12,128 nt of DNA from Azolla caroliniana (Eukaryota > Plantae > Polypodiophyta): contig JBHGNT010001096.1 of the NCBI GenBank assembly GCA_043228905.1, positions 1 through 12,128 of the forward strand. The letters are read 5' to 3'. Positions 1-6,943 of the stretch are shown one piece after another. A program made the position numbers and the translations under genes. The notes below the pieces were generated by a model that worked only from the letters and a program-made list of their open reading frames with translations, made no database searches and was not told the DNA's origin. Position 1 is the first letter of the stretch. The number at the start of each line of letters is the position of its first letter.

Positions 1-2952
1 AAGGATGTCTGTCACGTTCCGGAGGTTCGACTGAACCTGATTTCGGCCGGGAGGCTAGACGATGAAGGCTACACAGGTAGCATCCGGAACGGCGTAATGA
101 AGTTCAGCAAGGGGAGCCTGATAGTGGCTCGGGCCCGGAAAGACAACACACTGTACCTTATGAATGCCTGGTTGTGTCCGGAAGAGTTGAACGTGGCAGC
201 CGACACTGCCTGTGAGCTGTGGCACAAGAGACTGTGCCACATGAGTGAGAAGGGGATGAAGAGGCTTGCAGAAGACAACCTCATTCCAGTGAAGCATGTG
301 CACCTGGAGAAGTGTACCGACTGTCTGGCCGGTAAGCAGAACCGAACCTCCTTCCACTCAAGGCCACCGACGAGACGTAGCGCACCATTGGGGTTGGTGC
401 ACACTGATGTGTGTCAGGTAGAAACGAAGTCACATGGCGGAGCCCAGTACTTTGTAACATTCATAGATGATCATAGCCGAAAACTGTGGACGGCACCGAT
501 GAAGACAAAGGACCAAGTGTTGTCCGTCTTCAAAGAACTCCACGCGAGAGTGGAAAGAGAATCCGGCAAGAAGCTGAAAGCGATACGAGCGGATAACGGA
601 GGAGAATACCGGGGGCAGTTTGCGGAGTACTGTCGCTCGAAGGGAATCCGGCTCGAGTTTACTGTGCCGAAGACGCCGGAACTGAACGGGCTGGCCGAGA
701 GGATGAACCGGACCATAATGGAGAGGGTCCGGAGTATGCTAGCGCATGCGAAATTACCCGAGGGGTTTTGGGCTGAGGCGATGTCGACGGCGACATACGT
801 GATAAATAGATCACCCTCAGTACCTTTGGACGGAGACACGCCGCAGAGAGTGTGGACCGGTAGGGAAGTATCCTACCGGCATCTGAAGGTGTTCGGGTGC
901 CTCGCATATGTGCATGTGGCTAAGGACCGGAGAGGAAAGCTAGATCCAAAGACCCGGCCATGCATATTCCTCGGTTACGGCGATGACGAGTTCGGCTACC
1001 GAGTATGGGACCCGATCGACAAGAAGATATTCAGGAGTCGAGATATCATCTTCATGGAGGACAAGACACTCGCCGACTGGGAGTCGGAGAAGAAGATGAA
1101 GAGCTCCAAGTCGACCGGTGAGGATCAACTCTACGAGGAGCAGTCCCGACCGGCAAGGGACCGGTTAGCACTCGAGGATCCGGCCGAAGACGGTGAAGAA
1201 ACAGAACCGGCCGAAGAAGATGAAAATGATACCAGAACCGGCTTCGATCCCGAAATGGATTCGGAGGAAGAAGAATCGGAAGAACCGGTTACCGAAGCTC
1301 CGGAACGGAGATATCCTCTAAGAGAGAGAAGGGCCCCCCGGAGATTTCCGGAACCAGAGCACGTGCTGCTAACCGACGAAGGGGAGCCGGAGAGCTTTGA
1401 AGAAGCAAAGCATGACACCCAGAGCCGCAGGTGGTTGAGTGCCATGCAGGACGAGATGGATTCCCTGCATGAGAACCACACATATGAACTTGTGGAGTTG
1501 CCGAAAGGAAAGCGGGCACTTCAAAACAAGTGGGTGTTCAAGCTGAAACCGGGAGATGCCGGGAACCCCCCGAGATACAAAGCCAGGATCGTGGTGAAGG
1601 GGTTTCAGCAGAAGAAGGGTGTCGACTTCGACGAGATATTTTCCCCGGTAGTGAAGATGACCTCCATCCGGACGGTGCTGAGCATAGCGGCAAGCATGGA
1701 CCTCGAGGTAGAACAGATGGACGTGAAGACGGCATTCCTTCACGGCGACCTCGAAGAAGAGATCTACATGCAGCAACCGGAAGGATTCGAGAAGAAAGGG
1801 AAGGAGCACCTGGTATGCCGGTTGAAGAAGAGCCTTTACGGACTAAAGCAGGCTCCCCGGCAATGGTACCGGAAGTTCGACTCCTTCATGACCGACGAAG
1901 GGTACCACAAAACGCAGTCTGATCACTGCGTGTTTGTGAAGAAGTTCGAAGGAGGAGACTCTCTAATACTCCTCCTGTACGTGGACGACATGTTGATCGT
2001 CGGACGGGACCAGGTCAAGATACGGACGCTGAAGAAAGCGCTTCACCGAACCTTCTCAATGAAGGACCTGGGTGCGGCGAGGCAAATACTAGGGATGCAC
2101 ATCATCCGGGACCGGAAGAAGAAGCAGTTGTGGCTGTCACAGGAGAAGTACGTGACAAAGGTGCTTCACCGGTTCAACATGTCGGAAGCAAGACCGGTCG
2201 GGTCAACCCTCCCGGCAAACTGCAAGTTGTCCAGCAAGCAAAGCCCCAAGTCAAAGGCTGAGGAGGACATGATGAAAGTACCATATGCCTCTGCCGTCGG
2301 AAGCTTGATGTACGCAATGGTGTGTACAAGACCGGACATAGGATATGCAGTTGGAGTGGTGAGCCGGTACATGAGCAATCCCGGCAAAGAGCACTGGAAC
2401 GCGGTCAAGTGGATACTCCGATACCTGAAAGGCACGGCAAACGTGTGCCTCCGATTCGGCTCCGGTAAGCCCGAATTCGACGGCTTTACCGATTCGGACA
2501 TGTCGGCTGATGCAGATACCAGCCGGTCCACATCAGGGTATGTGATGACGTATGCAGGTGGAGCTGTTTCATGGCAGTCGAGGCTGCAGAAGACGGTTGC
2601 GCTGTCAACCACGGAGGCGGAGTACATGGCGGCTGTTGAAGCCGGCAAGGAAATAATATGGATGAAGGACTTCATTAGAGAGCTCGGTATCCGGCAGGAG
2701 GAGTACCGACTCTACTGCGACAGTCAGAGTGCCATCCACCTTGCGAAGAACGCGGCCTACCATTCCCGAACGAAACACATCCAGCGTAGATACCACTGGA
2801 TCCGGGAGAGGATAGAAGACGAGGAGTTCGTGCTGACGAAGATCCACACGGACGAGAACGGGTCGGATATGCTGACCAAGGTGCTCACACCCGACAAGCT
2901 GGAAGCATGCCGGAAGAGGATCGGGTTGGAGAGACATCCCATGCCGAAGTGA
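1..2952 (+). CDS. pol: Copia Pol polyprotein (end of protease region, integrase, RT, RNase H), 5'-partial
   Basis: Frame is open from base 1 (KDVCHVPEVRLNLISAG), so ATG 97 is internal. Motifs: LWHKRLCH...CTDC zinc-binding; integrase D (406), D (592), E (697) with D-x34-E spacing; FLGY; RT YKARIVVKGF, MDVKTAFLHG, LYGLKQAPR, YVDD (1978-1989); RNase H TDSD, STTEAEY, DSQSA, SDMLTK. No internal stop. Confidence 0.97.
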   Translation, partial: KDVCHVPEVRLNLISAGRLDDEGYTGSIRNGVMKFSKGSLIVARARKDNTLYLMNAWLCPEELNVAADTACELWHKRLCHMSEKGMKRLAEDNLIPVKHVHLEKCTDCLAGKQNRTSFHSRPPTRRSAPLGLVHTDVCQVETKSHGGAQYFVTFIDDHSRKLWTAPMKTKDQVLSVFKELHARVERESGKKLKAIRADNGGEYRGQFAEYCRSKGIRLEFTVPKTPELNGLAERMNRTIMERVRSMLAHAKLPEGFWAEAMSTATYVINRSPSVPLDGDTPQRVWTGREVSYRHLKVFGCLAYVHVAKDRRGKLDPKTRPCIFLGYGDDEFGYRVWDPIDKKIFRSRDIIFMEDKTLADWESEKKMKSSKSTGEDQLYEEQSRPARDRLALEDPAEDGEETEPAEEDENDTRTGFDPEMDSEEEESEEPVTEAPERRYPLRERRAPRRFPEPEHVLLTDEGEPESFEEAKHDTQSRRWLSAMQDEMDSLHENHTYELVELPKGKRALQNKWVFKLKPGDAGNPPRYKARIVVKGFQQKKGVDFDEIFSPVVKMTSIRTVLSIAASMDLEVEQMDVKTAFLHGDLEEEIYMQQPEGFEKKGKEHLVCRLKKSLYGLKQAPRQWYRKFDSFMTDEGYHKTQSDHCVFVKKFEGGDSLILLLYVDDMLIVGRDQVKIRTLKKALHRTFSMKDLGAARQILGMHIIRDRKKKQLWLSQEKYVTKVLHRFNMSEARPVGSTLPANCKLSSKQSPKSKAEEDMMKVPYASAVGSLMYAMVCTRPDIGYAVGVVSRYMSNPGKEHWNAVKWILRYLKGTANVCLRFGSGKPEFDGFTDSDMSADADTSRSTSGYVMTYAGGAVSWQSRLQKTVALSTTEAEYMAAVEAGKEIIWMKDFIRELGIRQEEYRLYCDSQSAIHLAKNAAYHSRTKHIQRRYHWIRERIEDEEFVLTKIHTDENGSDMLTKVLTPDKLEACRKRIGLERHPMPK

Positions 2953-2960
2953 AGGGGGAG
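2951..2960 (+). other. Polypurine tract of element A
   Basis: GAAGGGGGAG overlaps the pol stop codon and ends 2 bp before the LTR TG. Confidence 0.92.
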
Positions 2961-3024
2961 TTTGTTGGGATTTCGGTCCCTCCGGATGGGATGTCCCCGG
3001 AGATAAATGACGGCAAGCCGGTTA

Positions 3025-3098
3025 CGGTTACGGAGCCGGATGCTGAAGACCCCGGTTACGGAGCCGGATGCTGAAAACCCCGGTTACGGAGCCGGATG
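3025..3098 (+). repeat. 28-bp tandem repeat (about 2.6 copies) in U3 of LTR A
   Basis: CGGTTACGGAGCCGGATG recurs at 3025, 3053 and 3081. Confidence 0.9.
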
Positions 3099-3204
3099 AC
3101 GAATGTACCCGGAGAGAGAGATCCGGATGCGGGGACATATTTGTGAATATGTTTGTTAAGAGCCCTTGAGGCTATATTTGTAAATAGCCCGAAAGTCATA
3201 TGTG

Positions 3205-3212
3205 TATAAATA
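3205..3212 (+). promoter_or_regulatory. Putative TATA box of LTR A
   Basis: TATAAATA conserved at the equivalent position in LTR C (9327-9334) and LTR D (6701-6708, minus). Confidence 0.7.
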
Positions 3213-3270
3213 TGACTTAGGGCAGACAGTTTATGTTGTTGCTCATTTTTTATGCGAAGTGAGAGCAGCC

Positions 3271-3302
3271 GAGAGAGAGAGACAGAGAGAGACAGAGAGA
3301 GA
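3271..3302 (+). repeat. Imperfect (GA)n microsatellite in LTR A
   Basis: GAGAGAGAGAGACAGAGAGAGACAGAGAGAGA; equivalent GA tracts occur in LTRs C and D. Confidence 0.85.
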
Positions 3303-3570
3303 CGAAGAGGTTGTTGCCTCTGTGTATTACCGCCGCCTGTGGCGAAGACAGTGAGCTCAAGGTTGTTGCCTGGTAGCTTCACCAGTGTATATCCCTGTTC
3401 ATAGTGATAGTTGGAGTTTGAGGACTCCCGTGGTTTTTCCCATTTAGGGTTTTTCCACGTAAAATATCCAGTGTACCTTTCTCTCTATTGTCCTCGTGCA
3501 CTTTGTATTCCCCGTTTTACTGTGAGTAGATCATATTCCTCGGCTGTGGCCGAGCGCTGTCTACAACAAT

Positions 3571-5997
3571 TTCGGTGAGTACTCTGTTGCCGGCAAAGGC
3601 TATCGAACGCAGGGCGGCGAAGATCCGCTATTCAGGGAGATAGCTCGAGTGCTCCATGAGGACGGCCACGTGTACCCCCGACCCCCTGTCATGCCAAAAA
3701 ATCGGGCAGGGATGATCATAGCCACCTATGAAGGGATCAAGGTGGATTGGCCGGTGTTGATTGCAGACGGTTTGTGCGCGGCAATCGACATGGTACGAGG
3801 AAAGAACGGCAAGGAGGGCCGGAAGCTGTGGCATGCCGTGGCTCAGTGGATAACATTGCTGGTGCCGCCGGTCAAGACCGTTCAGCCAAAGAAGCGGCCA
3901 AGATTATCGGAAGGAAGCACCTCGAAACCCGCGTCCAAACGACAGCAGCTGCTGGCGTCGAAGGCGACGAAAGGGAAGAAACGGCTCCCAGAACCGGAGG
4001 AGGTGTCACCGGTGGGACCCGTTAAGATAACCATACGGCGACCGGGACAGAAGGAACCGGAACCCTTGACGGCACAGAAACATGCCGTTACCCAGGAAGA
4101 GGAAACGGAGGAGCCAGAAGAGCAGCTCCAACGACGGTCAAGAAGTAGGACCGCCGGGACAGCGGGGGGGGGGGGGGGGGGTTCGGACCCGCAAAAGGAA
4201 GAGACGCCCCCAACTCAACCTGAGCAAACCGCAAGGGAGGAACCGGAACCGGTGCGTATACAAGAAGTCAGTCCAACGGCTCCGGAGACGGCGAGAACCG
4301 GAACTCAACAGCCGGCGAACCCAGCCAGCACACACGGCGGCCAAGGAGTAGAACCAGAACGGCAGATACAGGCACTCAGGCCAGACAATTCCACAGTGAA
4401 CGAGCCGACCCGACCAGTACAGCAGCAAGGCACCAGTAGCATGTGGCTACGGTGGGTAGGCGAGCAGATCGCCGGAGTGGTCGAGTACATAGAGGCGGAG
4501 GAGAGAGCGCACCACGAACGGTTGCTCGTCACAACCGTAGATCTAGAGACGGCCCGGTCCAGAATCCGGAGCCTTGAACAAGACTTGGACAGGGTCACAA
4601 GGGAAATGGCTCAATTGGCTTTGACAACACAAGTCCAAGCACCGGTGACTCCGGGCAATGTACAGAATAAAGCGTCAGATCAACCTGTACATAACAATCA
4701 GACCCCGGCAACGGAAACCGTTCCAGAGAGAAATGCGGCACAAGCCCAAGAGCTTGCGGACTTAAAGGATGAGCTAGCTGCCCAAGAAGCGCTGAGGAGC
4801 CGCGAAAGAGAGTTGAAGACGGCAGCGGAGGCAGAACTCAAAAAGACTGCTGAGAATCTACGCCGGGCTGAGGAGAGCTTACGGAAAGGCCACCAAGCGT
4901 ACGACCGGCTCAAGGAGGAAAAGGAGAAAATGCTGCAAGAGAAGGACAGACTCCGGAGAAACGCCGAAACAGAAGTAGAGCGCCTGAAAGAGGAACTCCG
5001 GCAGCTAAAGGACCGGGAGGACCGGAACTATCGCCAGATCAACGGCAAGCTCAAACAAAAAACGGAGGAATTTGAGCACTTGCACCGGGAGTATAAACGG
5101 TTGCAAACGGAGCACAAGGAACGGACGGATGAGCTCCGGCAAGCAGTTGATCGGACCGCAACGGCATATGCTAATGAACAAGCGGAAACCAGAAGACGGT
5201 TGGAAGAGGCGGAGAAGGTTCGGACAGAGCTCCTCAGGCAACAGCAGGCGGAAAAAGAAAGAGCGGCGGAGGTACTGCAGAGGCTGCAGACAACATATCA
5301 AGGGCAGCTGACGCGCTACAGAGAGCAGGCGGAGGATACGGCGAATCTCATCAAGCAGTTGAAGGAGGAACGACAAGTTGTGGAAAGTAGAGCGCAAATG
5401 GGAGCAAGTCGCATCCAGGATATCATGCGGGCCTGGTTGAACCAGACCAAGAGCTTGATTGACAACGGCTCCGTCAAATGGTGGACCAAGTGGGCCACGA
5501 ACGCGGCGGAACTCCAATTGCTCCGGGCCGACGTAGAGAACCGGCGGAAGGAGGGAGATGATTGCTATATGCTGACTTCCGAAGACTTCACCGGCATAAG
5601 AGATGAGCTGGCCGAAGACTTTCAAGCCTTGGCAGAGGACCAACTAGGGCAAGTCCGGCAACTTGTAGCTCAGCTGGACGACGACAGGCTGGAGGCGCAG
5701 ATCCAGTTTGAAAGCTATGAAAGGTCCCGGATCCGGGAAGAGAAAGCACGAGAACCGGTTACGGTCAACCTCAGTGATGAGGAACCGTTACTGGAAGGAG
5801 ACCGGACCGGAAGTAGTCAAACGGAGATGCCGGAGTCAGGGAAACAAACGGAGCAGCCGCCTATAGAGCAGCCGGAGCAGCCTCAGTCCCAACCGCAACC
5901 ACAGCAGCAGCAGCAAGCACAGCCGCAACAACCACAACCGGAAGAACAAGTGGAAACTCTGGAACAAAGTATTTTGGACAATTTGGGTGAACAATGA
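3571..5997 (+). CDS. Uncharacterised coiled-coil protein, 5'-truncated by element A (probable retroelement accessory ORF)
   Basis: The track start 3649 is a GTG. The frame continues upstream (FGEYSVAGKGYRTQGGEDPLFREIARV) to the LTR end, and the first in-frame ATG is 3691. Globular-looking N-terminus (KVDWPVLIADGL, LWHAVAQWITLL), PKKRPR basic patch, disordered P/E/Q/T region, E/K/R/Q/L-rich helical region about 4480-5750, Q/P tail. Confidence 0.75.
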   Translation, partial: FGEYSVAGKGYRTQGGEDPLFREIARVLHEDGHVYPRPPVMPKNRAGMIIATYEGIKVDWPVLIADGLCAAIDMVRGKNGKEGRKLWHAVAQWITLLVPPVKTVQPKKRPRLSEGSTSKPASKRQQLLASKATKGKKRLPEPEEVSPVGPVKITIRRPGQKEPEPLTAQKHAVTQEEETEEPEEQLQRRSRSRTAGTAGGGGGGSDPQKEETPPTQPEQTAREEPEPVRIQEVSPTAPETARTGTQQPANPASTHGGQGVEPERQIQALRPDNSTVNEPTRPVQQQGTSSMWLRWVGEQIAGVVEYIEAEERAHHERLLVTTVDLETARSRIRSLEQDLDRVTREMAQLALTTQVQAPVTPGNVQNKASDQPVHNNQTPATETVPERNAAQAQELADLKDELAAQEALRSRERELKTAAEAELKKTAENLRRAEESLRKGHQAYDRLKEEKEKMLQEKDRLRRNAETEVERLKEELRQLKDREDRNYRQINGKLKQKTEEFEHLHREYKRLQTEHKERTDELRQAVDRTATAYANEQAETRRRLEEAEKVRTELLRQQQAEKERAAEVLQRLQTTYQGQLTRYREQAEDTANLIKQLKEERQVVESRAQMGASRIQDIMRAWLNQTKSLIDNGSVKWWTKWATNAAELQLLRADVENRRKEGDDCYMLTSEDFTGIRDELAEDFQALAEDQLGQVRQLVAQLDDDRLEAQIQFESYERSRIREEKAREPVTVNLSDEEPLLEGDRTGSSQTEMPESGKQTEQPPIEQPEQPQSQPQPQQQQQAQPQQPQPEEQVETLEQSILDNLGEQ
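4164..4181 (+). repeat. G18 homopolymer encoding poly-Gly
   Basis: 18 consecutive G, read as GCG (GGG)5 GGT in the long ORF. Confidence 0.95.
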
Positions 5998-6217
5998 AGG
6001 GGCCGAGAAGGGTTCGACGTACAAGGTACTGTCCCACGGGCGTGCCATGTGTTACCGGCCGGCAAGGAGTCCAAAATACGGAGTGAAGGAATTAATTAAG
6101 TATGGTTGTAAATAAGCATAGTATGGACGGACGGACTAGAAACGGTATGCCGTTCCAGATCCGGACGGATCCCGAATAGGTGCGATATGCACCGTTTTGT
6201 ACTACGGGCCGGAAACC

Positions 6218-6225
6218 TATTTAAA
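6218..6225 (+). promoter_or_regulatory. Possible TATA box in the LTR-like region of unit B
   Basis: CCTATTTAAAGG followed by CATTGTAAT and AATTAATA, an arrangement typical of plant LTR U3/R regions. Confidence 0.4.
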
Positions 6226-6534
6226 GGCCCGGAACCCATTGTAATCGCAGCGGATAATTAATAGAGCATATGGTGTTTATACTTCTGTGTTGATTTCCGT
6301 TCTGTACTTACTGTTATATCTTACGCGTGTAATTAACAAAAGCGATCTAATCGTGTAACCTACGTAAGTCGGTGTAATCGTTGAATCTTAATCCTATGCC
6401 GTAATCACCCTTTGGTAAAGTGTCTCCGTGACACCTTGTGTTAGGCCTTGTCCGGTCAGAGAATAACAATAGGCAGCAACCTCGAGCTCGGTTTCTTCGC
6501 CAGGCAGCGGTTACAACAGAGTATCACTTTGTAT

Positions 6535-6694
6535 CTCTCTCTCTCTCTCTCTATCGCTCTCTCTATACAACAGTTACAACAACAATAACAACACACCTAA
6601 AGTGATTGCCCTCTCTCTCTCTCTCTCTCTCTCTCTCGCTCTCTCTATACAACAGTTACAACAACAATAACAACACACCTAAAGTGATTGCCCT
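6535..6694. repeat. Tandem duplication (period 82 bp) including a (CT)n tract in LTR D
   Basis: The 59-bp block TCGCTCTCTCTATACAACAGTT...AAAGTGATTGCCCT is identical at 6554-6612 and 6636-6694, each copy preceded by (CT)n. Confidence 0.92.
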
Positions 6695-6700
6695 AAGTCA

Positions 6701-6708
6701 TATTTATA
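6701..6708 (-). promoter_or_regulatory. Putative TATA box of LTR D
   Basis: TATAAATA on the minus strand in the same context as in LTRs A and C. Confidence 0.65.
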
Positions 6709-6778
6709 CTTATATGAACTTAGGGCTATTTACAAATATAGCCTCAATGGGCTTACTCAAAAACATATTTATAGATGT

Positions 6779-6900
6779 GTCTTCTACATCCGGTTCTCAC
6801 CAGGTCTTCTACATCCGGTTCTCACCGGGTCTTCTACATCCGGTTCTCACCGGGTCTTCTACATCCGGTTCTCACCGGGTCTTCTATGTCCGGTTCTCAT
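6779..6900. repeat. 25-bp tandem repeat (about 4.9 copies) in U3 of LTR D
   Basis: GTCTTCTACATCCGGTTCTCACCGG units start at 6779, 6804, 6829, 6854 and 6879, with no spacers. Confidence 0.95.
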
Positions 6901-6933
6901 GATCCCATCCGGAGGGACCGAAATCCCAACAAT

Positions 6934-6943
6934 CTCCCCCTTC
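6934..6943 (-). other. Polypurine tract of element D
   Basis: Reverse complement is GAAGGGGGAG, 2 bp from the LTR start and identical to the PPT of A. Confidence 0.92.

Larger units (their letters stand above)
1..3568 (+). mobile_element. Ty1/copia LTR retrotransposon A (Tnt1/Tto1-like), 3' part; 5' end lies outside the window
   Basis: Domain order integrase-RT-RNase H, then PPT GAAGGGGGAG (2951-2960) and an LTR TGTTG(2963)...CAACA(3568) homologous to the LTR at 9117-9718. Candidate right TSD ATTTC (3569-3573). Confidence 0.95.
2963..3568 (+). repeat. 3' LTR of element A (606 bp)
   Basis: TGTTG...CAACA termini. Colinear blocks shared with LTR C (TATAAATATGACTTAGGGCA, CCGCCGCCTGTGGCGA, CTCCCGTGGTTTTTCCCAT, TGTGGCCGAGCG). 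Confidence 0.9.
3569..6433 (+). mobile_element. Unit B: probable 3' part of another LTR retroelement (accessory ORF plus LTR-like region), interrupted by A; right end 6433 or 6468
   Basis: Intronless long ORF open from the LTR A junction, followed by AT-richer DNA with CCTATTTAAAGG...CATTGTAAT and possible termini GTGACA (6433) or TAACA (6468). Nested TE context. No gag/pol is visible, so the assignment is an inference. Confidence 0.5.
6439..6931 (-). repeat. 3' LTR of element D (U5 shortened or interrupted)
   Basis: The minus strand starts TGTTGGGATTTCGGTCCCTCCGGATGGGAT, identical to the first 30 bp of LTR A. Clear homology extends to 6471. A candidate terminus ...GGCCTAACA lies at 6439. 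Confidence 0.8.

Noticed and set aside
55-2942. Many short antisense or alternate-frame ORFs over pol (also over B, C and D)
   Set aside because: These are shadows of GC-rich coding DNA. Their recurrence in A, C and D reflects nucleotide homology, and none has a recognisable motif.
3573-3580. Consensus splice donor CG/GTGAGT next to the LTR A end
   Set aside because: It is equally explained by the F-G-E codons of the open frame, and there is no acceptor or transcript evidence.
4480-5750. SMC, myosin or trichohyalin-like host gene
   Set aside because: Only generic coiled-coil composition; no ATPase or motor motifs are seen.
3571-5997. env gene of element A
   Set aside because: It lies outside the completed 3' LTR of A and shows no clear transmembrane segment or signal peptide in the visible part.
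6779-6900. CRISPR-like array
   Set aside because: Units are head to tail with no unique spacers, lie within an LTR, and there are no cas genes.
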